Assembly (NCBI GenBank): GCA_013239625.1
Contig: MU053588.1
Span: forward strand, 1,451,988-1,515,987
Length of the DNA stretch: 64,000 nt
Direction: 5' to 3'
Origin: Lama guanicoe
Taxonomy: Eukaryota
The notes below the pieces were generated by a model. The model was not told the origin of the DNA, made no database searches, and saw nothing but the letters and a program-made list of their open reading frames with translations. The position numbers were made by a program, and so were the translations under genes. Shown piece after piece: positions 50,501-64,000 of this stretch (its first letter is position 1; each line of letters starts with the position of its first letter).

Positions 50501-52049
50501 GGAATTCTGTTCACAGTTCCCCATTTTGTTCTTTAAATGGCAATAGAATGACCTGTGTCTGTCTTCATTTGTGGCCGTCCAGACAGCATTCCCGAAGGTT
50601 CTGCCCCAAGTGCATACTCCTAGCCCCACCATTATATCTTGCAGCTCAACCAGGCCTGAGCCTTTCAGCATCACACCACAGATTACTTTCCTCTTATTCT
50701 GTCTTTCTATTACAATAAGGACACCTTGATAAAAAAATTTTTGTATGTGGGTAGGTTATATTATCCATACATTTTAATTCAGGTTAGTAAAGGGAGCATA
50801 TAAAAATAATTATTATAACACTAATTTATGGTGATAAAAATCAGAACAGCAGTTACCCTGGCAGGGAGGTAGGTGGTAGGTGGTGAGAGGATGGACTGCA
50901 AAGGAGCACAAAAGAACTTCCTGGATGATAGAAACATTCTCTACTTTGACTGGGGTGGTATATAATCATCAAAACTCATCAAACAACACACTTAAAATGG
51001 GCTCATTTCATTGTGATGTAAATTATACCTCACTCAAGTTGAATAAAACATAAATCTCAAAAAAAACCCCATAAATCTCAACATATCTGTACAGAAAAAA
51101 TATTCAATTTATATTTGTTGTAAAAGAGGCATGGGATCTGCTAAGGCCTTGAAATCGATCAAGTGGACTTGGACAGGCATTTAAACACAAAGATGAAACA
51201 TAACAGAATGGACAGTGTCAGTCAGCGCTGCCCAGGGATAAGCACTGCTCCATGAATCTTGCACAAATTATATAAAACTTTCAATTAAATAGTAGATACA
51301 CAGATATATGTGCATGTTGGGCCATGATGTGAATGCATTTCTTATTGTGAATTGTAGTCACAAAAGTTCAAAACCCTCTTTTTATTTTTTTACAGAACAG
51401 CAAGATAACACATTTTTATTGTTTAAGCCACTTTGTTACAGCAACAAAAAGAAAATAATACAGAGATGATTGACATTTTTAAATATCAAGTCATCCCACC
51501 CAAGAACAATCGTATTTTTTCTTCTATTTACATACATTTTTTGATATCACTTAGTAACATTTTAAATTGTCTTTCTATAGATCATGCACATTTTGTTAAG
51601 TTATGAATTAGTGCTTTTTTTTTGATAGATGTAGAAAAACACTCTTAAATAGGAGTCGCCAGCCTTGGATGGCACATCTTTCAGTTTAATACCCACTCAG
51701 GGCAAAGGTTTCACTGATGGTGAGGGATGAAAGTCCCTTTCATGTATTTTCTGGATCATTTCTGATTCTTTTGCTGCAACCATATCGTGTGTGATTAGAT
51801 CATCCTGGCTTTACCCAACAAGCTTGCCAGTCAGGAGCTTGTGTTTGCGAGAGGCTTAAATGTGGCAGTGTTAGTTCTAATAATGGAAATTATAGGGAAG
51901 GGAGGAAAAAAGGTGGGGTAAGAAATCTAAATCTTCATAATGAAGAGTTAGTAGATAATGCCTAAATTTGGTCATTCCAGAATTAACACTAACAAAAATA
52001 GGAAAAATACAAATCGTGTTACACACAAAAGACTAATTTTCCTAACATG

Positions 52050-52541
52050 TACAAAAGGTCCCTGACTTAACGATGCTACAACGTATGAGTTTTTGGCTTT
52101 AAGGCAGTGGGAAAGCAATATGTATTCAGTAGAAATCGTATTTTGAATTTTGAATTTTGCTCTTTTCCCCAGGCTAAGCGATATGAGGCCCTTTCTCATG
52201 ATGCTGGACAGCGGAGGGGGTCCCAGCACGTGATCAGGAAGGTAAACAACCAACACACTTAATAACCATCCTCTACCCAGACAACCATTCTATTTTCCAC
52301 TTTCAGTACAGTATTCAACAAATTACATGAGATATATAACACTTTATTATAAAATACGCTTTGTGTTAGATGATTTTGCCCAACTATAGGCTAATGTAAG
52401 TATTCTGAGCCCTTCTAAGGTAGGATAGGCTAGGTTATGATGTTTGGTAGGTTAGGTGTATTCAATGCATTTTTGACTTACGATATTTTCAACTTATGGT
52501 GGGTTTAACCCTGCCTGTCGTAAGCCAAGGAAGATCTGTAT
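52050..52541. mobile_element. Tigger-type (Tc1/mariner) non-autonomous DNA transposon
   Basis: Degenerate terminal inverted repeats taca.a.gtccctgacttaacga / tcgtaagccaaggaagatctgta, TA-flanked. Confidence 0.75.
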
Positions 52542-53049
52542 ATAGATTTCCCACAAATCAATAAGGAAGGAACAATCCCACAGGGGGAAAAATGCACAGA
52601 GAATATGAACAAGAACTCCTAGAAAAGAAAATTAAAATGGCTCTTAAATATATGAGAAGCTATAAAACATGACTTGAAGTAAAATAAATGCAGATTAAAA
52701 CAGCACTGAGATATCACTTTTTATAAAGCAAATTGGTAAGGGACAAAAAGATTGGCGATGCCTTGTATTGTCAAGACCTCAAGGGAAAGGGCAGGCATTG
52801 CTGGTGGGAGTGTCAGTTAATATCATTTCTATGGTGGACGGTTTTCAAAATTTGTCAGAATTAGAAATGCATCTACTCTTCCACCCAGAAATTCATGTGC
52901 AGGAGAATGACACATGACAGTATAAAAATACATTTGAAATAGCAGAAGATAGGAGACAATCTAAATATCTCTGAGTAGGGGATTGGTTAAATAAGTCATA
53001 GAACCCCCAACACAGCATAACATGTGGCCACAAAAAATCAATCAATCAA

Positions 53050-53720
53050 TAGCTCGCCACTGTCACCAATGACCTCTATGTTGCTAACTCCAGAGTTCAA
53101 TTCTTTCAATATCCTTGGTCCACCAGCAGATTTGACATGGTTAAGCACTCCATCCTTCCTCTTTCCTTTGGCTTCCAGGATACCATGTCTATTAGCGTTC
53201 CTTTTCAGTCTCTCAGCACTCGGTCCTTGGTCCTCACTTCTACCCATTGGTGCTCACAGACAGTCTTGTGGCCTTAAATACTATTGATGAACTGTTGGAT
53301 CCCAGATTTCTCTCTCCAGCCTGAATTGTGCCCTGAACTCCAGACTCGTTATCCAACTGCCTATTTGACATCTGCTTTTGGATGCTGAATAGGAGTCTCC
53401 AGATTAACATATTGAAAACTGAATTCCTGATTTTCTTGCCAAAAATCTTTTCTCTTCCCTATCTCAATGAAAGGCAATTCATCCTTCCAGTTTCTCAGAC
53501 CAAAAGCCTTGGAGTTGTCCTTGTGTCTTCTGCTTTCTTTCCAATCCTCTCATCAGTCTGGCATCAAATTCTGTCAGCTCTACCTTCAAAATCTATCCAA
53601 AACATGATGGCATCTCACCACTTTCATGCTCCTTCCATACTGGTCCTCGTCTCCTGCCTGGACCACTTCAGAAGCCTCCTCACTGGTCTCCTGCTTCTAC
53701 TTGCCCCTCTTTGTGTCCAC
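53050..53720 (+). mobile_element. L2 fragment
   Basis: tctctccagcctgaa..cctgaactccagactcgt.atccaactgcctatttgacatct. Confidence 0.75.
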
Positions 53721-55178
53721 TAAGTTGATTAAAAAAAAATAGGCCCTTCCCAGGACATGTCACAGTGAAATTTTAGAACTCTGGGGACAAAAAGTTTTAA
53801 TAAGCTTTGAAAGAGTGGGGAGATGACAGGTCACCATCATCAACATCATCAACAACCAACCACAAAGGATCAGGAAACAGAATGGTTTTAGACTCTCAAG
53901 AACTGCCAACAAGACAATGATAAGGGAGCAATATCTTCAAAACTCTGAAAGAAACTCCTTTCTGTCCCTGAGTTCTCTAGCCAGCCAAACTATCAGTAAC
54001 AGGGAAGTCAAAGACATTTTCTGATGTGCAAGCTCTCAAAAATGTACCTCCCAAGAAACCTGCCTCAGGAAGCTACAGGATGTGCTCCACCAAAATGAAA
54101 GCAGCACCAAGAAAGAGGAAGAGCTGGGATCCAAGACACAGGGGACAGAAGTGAGTGGGACATGGGACAGAAGTGAGGGGAATCGCCAGGATGATGGAAA
54201 TCCAGCCAGGCAGCTGGGTATCAAGGTTAGAGGTCAACCTGTCCAAAAAAAAAATAACCTAGGTGACTCAGGGGACACTTGTGTTGACAGCTGGCATCAC
54301 CAGCATGACAACTGCCATTGTATTGTTTTGATTTTTAACCTGAAGATACAATGGTGGGTGAACATGAACCACATTCCAGTCTTGTCTAGAGAGTGATGGA
54401 GAGCCTGCTCTCCCTCTGGGATGGGCTGTTGGATTCACTGGGAAAGCTCATTCCACCCCCCCCCCCAATCAATGCGCTGTATGGCGCCCAAGCATGAGAG
54501 CCTGTGGAAGGCTGGGGTGTTCTCAGAAGGGGAAAACAGTGCTGACTGCATTCCTGCTGGCCATGCAGAATGTGGCCCACTTTTCGGTCCTGACAGCTAC
54601 CCTTATTTACAGTTGGCTATGTGCCTTCTCATGCCTTCACTCACTGAATTCTCCAGAAAGGGTTTTCATAGACTCTCAGGAAGCTGACACCAGATTACAA
54701 CCTGGATGTGGTCCAGCTCATCCTCCCCTAGGGGCCTCCAGTCAAGAAGGGCCAGTCTGTCCTTTCCTTGCACAAACAGATGGTCCTTGCTCTTTAAACG
54801 TTTTTGTTTTTGTTTTTGTTTTTAAAAAAACTCAACTACATAGTGGGGGGGAAATAGATTGGATATGTAGTGGAAAAATCAGGTAAAATCCAACATAAGT
54901 CTGTAGTCAAATCAGTAACATTGTGTCAACATAAATTTCTTCGTTTTGAGAAATATACCATGGTTTTATAAGAACCACTAACATTAGAGGAAACTGGGCA
55001 AGGGGTATATAGGAGCTTCTGTACTATCTTTGCAACTTTTCTGTAAATCTAAAACAATTCCAAATACAAAGGTGGAAAAGAAACCTCAATCATTATGGTG
55101 TTGGATGAATCCATCCATGTGTGGGTGATAAACTATAAAGAAAAGCAAGGAAATGATTAACACAGAAGTCATGTTAGT

Positions 55179-55292
55179 GGGGGAGGGTGCAGCTCAGCGT
55201 GCACGAGGTCCTGGGTTCAACCCCTAGTACCTCCATTAAATAAATAAATAAATACCTAACCCCCAAAATAGGTGAATAAATAATTTTTTTAA
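55179..55292 (+). mobile_element. vic-1-like SINE with an internal deletion
   Basis: gggggagggtgcagctcagc/gtgcacgaggtcctgggttcaa; imperfect TSD agaag.catg.ta.tgg. Confidence 0.85.
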
Positions 55293-56974
55293 AAAGAAGC
55301 CATGATAATGGTTACAGGGGACTTGGGTAGGACACACAGGTGGTGCTAAGGCACTGATAATGAAATGGTTCCTCACCTACATGATAAGTGTACAGGTTTT
55401 TAAATTGTTATTCCTTAAGCTGTATGTATGGGTTTCACACTCAATTCTATGTTGTAGGAAACATAACACAATATTTGGGTAATGTCTTACACAATACTTG
55501 GTTATAATCTACTATCACCAGTGATACTCCCAGCCTGAGTGAACACACATATTACAGGCATTCAATTTGTGGCCTCATGGAAAACCCTCCCTTCCAAAAC
55601 AAAACCAGCTCCCTAAAGGCTATTCTATTTGATAAGCATGTGTATCATGACTTTGTCGTTCCTTCTCATGGTAATTGTCATCCTAGTATATGATGATACA
55701 TATTTGTAAGATATCTTGGATCATCAATGCAAGCCAAGCTTGTTCAGTGGGTTCTGTTATTGCTCTCAGATTTTAACCTCAATTCAAGCTTTAGCCAAAC
55801 CACTGTGCAGTGATCAACTTCAACGTATGAGGGAAAACAAGATGTTTGTGTGGAGGCTTACCCAGAGAGAAGATGTTTATTGTGGCTTTTCTCATCTGTG
55901 AAATGGGTATAATAATATCCTTACAGCCTTGTTACAACCATGGATAAAGCACTTAGAATAGCGTCCCGCCCCCCTACTGAATGATCTGGAAATGTTCTTT
56001 TTTTAAAAAGACATAGAAAAGGGTTTTTTTTAAGGTAATCTAAAATAACATCTGCTTTCAACTCGTATTGACTTTCAACTCCTCCTCTACCCTTCGGTGT
56101 GACTGTGATGGAAAACGTAGCCAAACCAACAGTACAATAAATAGTTGGGCAAACACTAAGGAGAGCTCACATTTGTTGAGGGTTTACTCTGTCCCAGGTT
56201 TTATGCTGGTTTTGTGGAACCATCCTTTCTACCCCATGATTGGACAGTATGAGGAGATGCCACTGACCTTGAGTTGAGGCTTGAAATCCAGGATGTGATG
56301 GCCGATGTCTCTAGGCAGAGGGATGAATTAGAGACAGTGAAGTCTGGTGGTGAAGTTCCTAGAGGCAGGGAGCCCTGGGAATGAACCCCAGCTCTTCTTA
56401 CTAATTGTGACCTCAGGTAAGTGAGCTCACTTCTCTGAGCCTCAGTTTCCTTTTCTAGAAAACGGGGATAAGAGAAGAGCTGTGGAATTCACAGAGTCAC
56501 ACTCATAGTACCTGACACACAGTGACCTGTGTATGGCTCATGGCTGTGGCCATGACTATAAGGATGGAGTCTCAGGTGGGCTGGATGGAGTGTTCAGGGG
56601 CTGCCCTGGGTCTGTCACAAGATGCTTCCATATCCAAGGGGTGAGTCACCCTTCCTTCCTGCCATAATTTGAGTCAGGGTGGCATCTCCCAGAAGGTGAT
56701 CTGTGCCCTGGGCACGCCCCTCACTTCTGATGGCTCACAGGTCCCCTGACCCATGACATTACAGTCAGGGTGAAATCATGGAGCCCAAAAGTTGGGATGA
56801 GAAGGAATGGTTCTCTCTTCCCCTCTTCCTCCCAATCTCAAAGTCTTGAACCCAGCACTTAGCCAGATTCCTCTTGAAGCAGCTGGGCTCTCGGATGTGA
56901 GCACTGGCCATGGTTACCCCTGGTGAGGATAGGGGTTGGAAGTCAAGGATAGGTTACGCTTCCAATAGTCATTA

Positions 56975-58030
56975 GGATTCATTCAAGTATTCAATCATTT
57001 CACAAATCTTTATTGTGCGCCTACCATGGGCCAGACACACAAAATCCCTGCCTTCCTGAAGCTGACAATCTAGTGGGGAAGTTAGACAATAAACATATCA
57101 CATAAGTACAGTCTGTTAGAAGGTGGTGAGTGTCACATGAAAATACTGTGACATGCAGGAAAAATCTAGCCCATCATTTGTTTTTGTACAGTTCCCAAAC
57201 TAAGGGTGGTTTTTACATCTTTTAACATTTAGGAAAAGGAAATCAAGAGACGATTTTGTGATACATGAAATTTGCATGAAATTCACATTTCAGTGTTCAT
57301 AAAGAAAGTTTTATTGGAACATGGCCATGCTCATTCAGTTACCTATTGTCTTTGGCTACTTTGTGTTATAATCAGAGTTGAGTAACTGTGACAAAAACCC
57401 CATGGCCGGCAAAGCCTGAACTATTTAATATCTTGCCCTTTACAGAAAATGTTTGCAGACCCCTGACTTAGGGGATTGGGAGTGATGTGTGGAGGTGGAT
57501 TGCGATTTTATATTAGAAAGTCAAGGAGAGCCTCATTGAGAAGGTGACATTGGGTGAAGCCTGAAGGAGGGAGGGAGGGAGTCATGTGGGCATCAGGAAA
57601 GAATGTTCCAGGCAGAGAAAGTGGCCAGTGCAAAGGCCCTAAAGTAAGAATGTGTCTGCTGTGTTTAAGGAACAGGGCAGAAGTCCCTGTGTCTGGAGCA
57701 GAGTGGGCTAGCGGGTGAGTAGGAGGAGATAAGGACAGAATGGTGACTGGGGAAGATGGTGTGGGATGGGCCACGGGGTGGACTCTGGCTTTTATCTGAG
57801 TGAGATGGAGCCACGAGAGGGCTCTGGGCAGGAGAGGAACATGAGCTGGCTCAGGTGTTAACAAGGTCCCTCTGGTTGCATGTGGTGGGACATTTTGGGG
57901 ACAGAATAGGAGCAAGGAGACCAGGGACCAGGCTGCTGAGATAATCCAGGAAGGAGACAATGCATAGATGCTGGGGAAGGGAGGGAAGTGGGTAGATTCT
58001 GGATAAATTTGAGGGTGGATCTGACAGTAT
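56975..58030 (-). mobile_element. L2 3' region, antisense, interrupted by a MER58-like hAT element (~57150-57470)
   Basis: ttcattca..caaatctttattg terminus and aagtgcaaaggccct-type motifs; hAT end ccctttacagaaaatgtttgcagacccctg. Confidence 0.7.
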
Positions 58031-58109
58031 TTCTCAATACAGAGTATCCTAAATGGGGAAAAATCTCTCCAAAAAAACATTCACATCCTAGGCTTTCACA
58101 TTCAACACA

Positions 58110-58300
58110 CCCGGGTCTTAGTCCCAGCTTGACTACATACAGGCTGTGTGATCTCAGGTCAGTTGCTCAATCTCTCTTAGCCTCAGTTTCTCCATCTACA
58201 AAATGGGGTTAATAACCAGGGTGTTATATCAATGAGATTGTTCATGCAAAGCACTCAGAATGATGCCTAGCACCTGGGAAGCGCTCCATACAAGGCAGCT
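58110..58300 (+). mobile_element. MIR (representative; others at ~3390, 26210, 45620, 56360, 59440, 61220, 63100)
   Basis: Core gcctcagtttctccatct..aaaatgggg.taata.. Confidence 0.8.
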
Positions 58301-59699
58301 GTGATAATAAGGATCATTCTCCAGATGGGACCCCAAGATCTGTCTGCCTAAGTCACAGTCCCTGAGCGGTATGCCTCGCTGCTGGAAGGGAGCTGTCCCT
58401 CCACGACTCACCTCTCCTGGATCCCAGACTCCTCCTCTGCCCACCACCAATTCAGTGACCTGAAGGCCACACAGCGAAGTGCTAAGCCTTGCCAAACCTC
58501 AGTTTTCTTATCTAGAAAATGGGCCTCCAAAAGTCTGCAATGCAGATCGTCAGGGCCATCAAATGAGCAGGGTGCCTGGCATACCTCCATGCTCCGGAAG
58601 CAACTGCTACTCTGTTTTCACCAAGATCTTCAATAACAATAGCTACATGGATCTCCTCAAGTATTTTCCCAACATTTACTATGAAAAATTTCAAGCACAC
58701 AGAAAAATTGAAAGAATTTCATAAAGAACATACATATCTACCCACCCTGGATTCTACCATTAACATTTGACTATTCTTACTTTATCACACATGTACAATT
58801 CCTCTATCCATCCATCAATCCGTCTTATTTTTTTATGATGAATTTCAAAATCCTGAAATATTTCTTCTATGATTTTTGAGGACTCAGATTACACCAATCA
58901 CTATTTCTCGTACTGGTCTTAGTGCATTACATCCATTCACTGATTTAATTCTCACAGCAGTTCTCTAAAATATGTCAAGGATGCAGTATGGTATTTTATC
59001 CCCATTCTACATATTAGCACATTGAGGCACAGAGAGTCAAAAGACTGATAGCTACTAGATATTGAAGTTGGGTTTGAACCCAGGCCATCAGGCTCTGAAG
59101 CCCTGGTTTTTACCCACTAATGCTGTCTCTCTTCTCTTCAGCATAGGTTAAGTACACCACACGACGGAATATCTTGCAGCCAGTATGAAAGAATGTTTAA
59201 AAGAGTTCAGTAAAAATAGCACTGGTCTATGAGATGATCCCAAATCCAATGTCTGAGACAAAATACTCCAAGTAGGGGCATCTGCTGTTATCAGTGATAG
59301 CCTAGGGATAAATGACATTGGGTGATTAAACAAAATGCTTTATTAATAACTGCAGCTACTATTAATTGAGCTCTTTCTTTGTGCCCTACCCTGTAAAGTA
59401 TTATAGGCTTTAATATAAGCACTCAAGCACTTAAGAATTAGCCATTGCCATACCCATTTTAGAGATTAGGGCACTGAGGCTAAGAGAAGGGCAGGAATTG
59501 CCCAAGTTTACCCAGCCAAGAAGTGGCAGAACCAGGATTCAAATCCAGGTTTGTCAGTTCCCTGAGCTGTTAAAACTTTCTGGCTCTTTCTGCTTTCTTA
59601 TTTTATAATAAGTAATAAGACGATTAACTTTCATAATTAAAAAATACTTTTAAAAAAGAAGTCTCCTTAAGAAAGAAGACTCACTTACCTTTATTTTAT

Positions 59700-61110
59700 T
59701 AGCCATGTGTGTTAGTTTAATAAAATTAAAAACCCTACCTCACACCATCCCCAAAATCAGGTCCAGATAGATTGTCAACCTAAACGTAATGCTGAATGAT
59801 CTAGCTCTTGGAACATAACAAGAGAAAATCAGTATGTGTTGGCAGCATGGGGTATTTCTTAAATAAGATGTAAAAATAACTATCCATAAAGAAGAGATTA
59901 AGAACTTGGATGTTACTAAAGTTAAGACGTTCTGTTCATTAAAAAATGCCATTAAGAGAGTAAAAAGGCAAACCATAGAGCAGGAGAAGATGTTCATAGG
60001 ATGTACTGCTAACAACTGGCTGGTGACCAGACTATATAAAGAACAAATTCATTTTTAAAAAACCCGGGTAGGGGGCAGAGTATAGCTCAAATGGTAGAGC
60101 TCATGCTTAGCATGTACAAAGTCCTAGGTTCAATCCCCAGTACCTCCATTTTTAAAAAATTAAATAATTAAATAGATAAACCTAATTACACCCCCTCAAA
60201 AAATGGACAACCCAATAGGCAAGACACTTGAACAAGCACACCATGATAAAGGATATCCAAAAGGCTAATATGCAAATGTAAAAGATATTCAATTTTATTA
60301 CACATTCAGGAAATGCAAATTAAAACTACAATGAGCTACCACTACACATCCATCAGAATTGCTAAAAATAAAACGCTGACATGGCCAAGTGTTGGCAAGG
60401 ATGTGAGGCAATGGAAATGCTCAACTTGGCTGGAGGAAGGAGAAGAAATTATTACAACCACTTTGGAAGACTCTTTGATAGTATCTGTTAAAGATACATA
60501 TATCTCCCATGACCAAGCCATTCTACTCCTGGGTCCGTACCCAAGAGAAATGTATGCATATGTTCAGAGTATATTGTGAATGTACTAGAACAAACTATGT
60601 ACTAGAGTGGTAAGAGCAATACCATTTGCAAGAGCCAAAAAATGGAAAGAATTCAGATTTTCATCGACAGTATCTAAATAAATTGTGGTGTATTCATAGG
60701 ATGGAATATTACTCGGCTATGAGAAAGATTGGCTCGCATTTATACACCCACCTGGATGAATTTCACAATCATACTGTTAGGAGAAAGAACACAGACGCAA
60801 GGGATCACACTGTATGGTTCTGTCTACGTGATGTGGAAAACAGGCAAAATGAAACTGCTGTGCATAGAGAGGCATACCTAGGTACTCAGGTAAATCAGAT
60901 GGAAGTCAGTGAAGTGGGTACCTTCATGTGGAGGGAGAATGCAGTGCCCGGAAGGAGGAAGGAGGGAGCTTGTGAAAAGCTGGGAAGATTTGCTTCCTCA
61001 TCTGGGTGGTGGTTGGTTACACAAGGGTGTTTGTCACAATTCATTAAGTGGAATATTTCTGTTTCAGGTACTTTTCTGTATGTATGTCATATTTTACAAT
61101 AAAAGAGGTT
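59700..61110 (+). mobile_element. Old L1M ORF2 end plus 3' UTR, with a vic-1-like SINE at ~60071-60200
   Basis: MQIKTTMSYHYTSIRIAK and LNKLWCIHRMEYYSAM peptides. Confidence 0.85.
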
Positions 61111-61744
61111 TAAATAATTACAAATGACTGAGAAAAGTAGTTCATCATAGTCTTATCTCACAAACTGGGCAGACTGGAAGTCTAGGGTATAATGATAATT
61201 GGTAGGGATGTGTGTGGCATTGCTCTGTGCTGAGCAGTGCTCTAAGTGGTTTATACCTGTTATCTGATATAATGCTCACAACAATCCTGTAAGACAGTTA
61301 CTATTATCCCCATTTAAGGGATGGGGAAACTGAGGCACAGTGGGGTTCAATAATTCACCTAAGTTTGAGTCAATGCTTGAGCTAGGTCTAAACGCAGGGG
61401 CCACCTGGTCCCAAAGTAGATGCTGTGTTCACCACCACAAGATTCTTCTAACAAGTGGAGTGAAAAATAAGGAAGTGGAAGTATATTTCTCAAAACACAA
61501 AGGTATCTAAAAAGAGAAACTAGAAATTTATGATTGTCCTGAGAGTGAGAGAGGGGCGAGTATATGAGCAGGAGAGGGGAAAGGGGCGAGAAGTGAGCTA
61601 TGAGCCTTCTTCCACCACATCAGGGACCAACAGGTACAATTCCAGTAGGGCTTTTTAATGCGAGTTGTCAGATGAAATTCAGGGGCTGTATGGACTTGGA
61701 TTGGAAAAACAACTTTGCTTTTTTTTTTTTTTTTGAACTTTTAA

Positions 61745-61894
61745 ATTTTTATTTATTTATTTATTATTGTTTTTTTTTTCCTGCAGGGGTAATTAGGATT
61801 TTATTTACTTATTTTTAATGGAGGTACTAGGGATTGAGCTGAGGACCTTGTGCATGCTAGGCATGCACTCTACCACTGAGCCACATCCTCCCCA
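61745..61894 (-). mobile_element. vic-1-like SINE, antisense
   Basis: Reverse-complement A and B boxes; TSD acaactttgctttt on both sides. Confidence 0.9.
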
Positions 61895-62856
61895 CAAATA
61901 CAACTTTGCTTTTACAATCCTTCAACTCAATAGTCCTCAAAATGTGGTTTGGGACCAAAACTTTTTCATAATAAAACGAAGTTCTGTTCCTCTTTTTCAC
62001 CCTTTGGAAGCAACCTGAGCTGTGAAGATGTCATTGCTGTGATGGCTAATGTATGTGTATTCTTGTGTTTTAAAAACTTTCCAGTTTTATTTTCTTACAA
62101 GGGAAATACTAATATATATAACCCACATATACCAAAGCCCTTGGGGGTCCTCAATAATTTTTAAGAGTATCAAGTTTAAGAACTGCTGCTGTAATTAAAA
62201 TTTACCACATCTTTCTGCCATGGGGAGTAGGGAGGGGCAACCACAAGACAGTCAGCAGACATCTGGCTTTGTCATGAGAAGAAATCACACATGTTTTCAA
62301 ATCCCACTATAATCATCACAAGGCTCCCAAACATTTTCTATACACTCAACAAAACTTTTAAATTGCCATAATTTTGGGCTTATCCCTAGATCTTGAAGTT
62401 TAATGCATTGATAAAGAAGTATACATATTACTGTATCACATATACAAAAAAAATTGTATATCTGTAATTCAGTAGCTACAGTTTCCTTTGTAATCCTGCA
62501 TATTTTTTATGCATGTAAAAACCATGATTCGGAGAAGGGTTTCACCAGCCTGCCACGGGTGTCTAGCAAAAAACGGTTCAGAACCTCAGTTCCTGGAAGA
62601 CCACAAGTAAAACTAAAACTAAGAGGAAGTTACAACTGGTGGAGATGAGTGGGGTCTTGCGGGTATTTGAGTACAGCTAACAGAATGACTTTTTATTACA
62701 CGTTAAGTTGTAATGAAGACCCCAGGAGGTGGGGGAAAATCCACACAGTACGAAAGCCCATCTTGAACCCCCTCCCTCAGTGCCAGTCTATGAAATTGCT
62801 GTCCCCAATCAGCAGCGGCTGCTATACTTTGAATTTACAAAGCCAAATCTCAAGTC

Positions 62857-62954
62857 ATTTTACGTGCAGGCAGGAAGGAGAAACAACTGAAAACCTGGAC
62901 TCTGAATTTTACGTGCAGGCAGGAAGGAGAAACAACTGAAAACCTGGACTCTCT
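62857..62954. repeat. 49-nt tandem duplication
   Basis: attttacgtgcaggcaggaaggagaaacaactgaaaacctggactct x2. Confidence 0.95.
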
Positions 62955-63229
62955 GAATTTTCTGGGGAAATATCCAAGGGTATTTTGTGACAAATCACTC
63001 GCAACCTTCAAACAGCTCACAAAGGTTTACAGGCAAAATTCTCGTTTGCTCCCACCTAGACCCGAGGGCAATTTCTGGAGTTCATGCATTAATAATAATA
63101 AAAAGAGCAGCTGATTCTTATTCGGTCCTTACTCTGGGCCAGGCCATGTTCTCAGCATGAAATTTCATGTGTCAACTGGTTTTACCCTCATAATAACCCA
63201 TAGTGTAACGTACTATTATCACCCTCATT

Positions 63230-64000
63230 TCGCAAGGGAAGAAACCGAGGCCCAGCGAGGTCGAGTAACCGGCCTGGGGCAACCGCTGAGAAGCAGCGCT
63301 GCGGTTGGGTGGACTATGATTTTCTCTTCACAGCAAGCCCGGGGGCCTGGCGAGGAACCAGTGTGGGCTAAGATTGCAAAGAGAGGAAGGCGCAAAGAAT
63401 TGCAAGGACTACGAAGCTGCGGCTGCGGGAAGGGATGCGGGAAGGGATGGGGGAAGCCCCCCGGTCGCAGGCTCTGGTGCCTCCACACCTGGGTACCTCG
63501 GGATCCGACAGCCCCAGAAGTGGGGGCCAGTGTCCGTGCCCTGGGGGCTTCGCAGCCACGGGTGGGGCTCCTGGGGGACAGGCGCAGCCTTACCTGTCCC
63601 GGCGCTCACCTGGTGGCCGACTTGGAGGTGGCGGCGGAGGCGTAGCAAGCCTTCCTGGGTCCCCTACCCTCGCCCCGCCCTGGGGGGTGGGCGGGTGCGC
63701 GTGAGGCGCTCAGGACCGGCCGGACCTGTGGGACCCGGGGCCCCGGGTGTCTGGGGAGGCCGTCAAATGGAGAAGGAAGGCTCTTCCGGGGCTGGGACAA
63801 CTGTGGGCGGCGGGATACCTCGGCGCTTGCAAACATAAATACCGCCGTAGTAGTGGTGGCAGGAGACGCGTGCGGGCAGCTGGCGCCCGCGAGGGTGAGC
63901 CGGGGACAGGGACGCAACCCCCAGCCCCAGCTCCTGGCCCCCGGATGGACGGTCCTGGCTTGGCTCTGCCCAGGCAGGCAGGTCCTCTGGAAGCTGGAGA
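63230..64000. promoter_or_regulatory. CpG island, probable promoter/first exon of the neighbouring gene (possibly ACP7 by recalled human synteny; not shown by sequence)
   Basis: About 33 CpGs in 63601-64000, GC boxes (ccccgccc, gggcggg), TATA-like cataaata at 63834, donor-like GAGG|gtgagc at ~63895. Confidence 0.7.

Noticed and set aside
57508..58080. 190-aa ORF
   Set aside because: Lies within a decayed L2 element; no gene structure.
63157..63917. Several ORFs in the terminal CpG island
   Set aside because: Expected in GC-rich DNA; no recognisable protein, so no coding gene was called.
1..64000. CRISPR array, operons or other prokaryotic systems
   Set aside because: The sequence is intron-containing mammalian DNA; no regularly spaced repeat-spacer pattern was seen.

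Overview
This is mammalian genomic DNA, most likely camelid, inferred from six copies of a vic-1-like tRNA-derived SINE. The first ~43 kb is a tandem array of three minus-strand FBXO27-like genes (F-box plus FBA lectin-type substrate domain; five coding exons each). Copy 1 (6985-9590) is intact at 275 aa. Copy 2 (20308-22284) is intact except for a 1-nt frameshift in a homopolymer near its start. Copy 3 (31292-35314) is a pseudogene with three lesions. The window opens in the 5' flank of a probable further copy. The main signal is a mosaic pattern. The F-box-coding tract is nucleotide-identical across the copies (apart from copy 3's deletion), while the substrate domain is strongly diverged. 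A 33-nt hypervariable patch sits on the glycan-binding loop, and every copy lacks the conserved Trp there. The rest of the window is repeat-rich (L1, L2, MIR, LTR/ERV, DNA transposons) and ends in a CpG island, a CpG-decayed copy of which lies inside the array. All alignments, counts and family names were made by eye and from recall; no searches were run.
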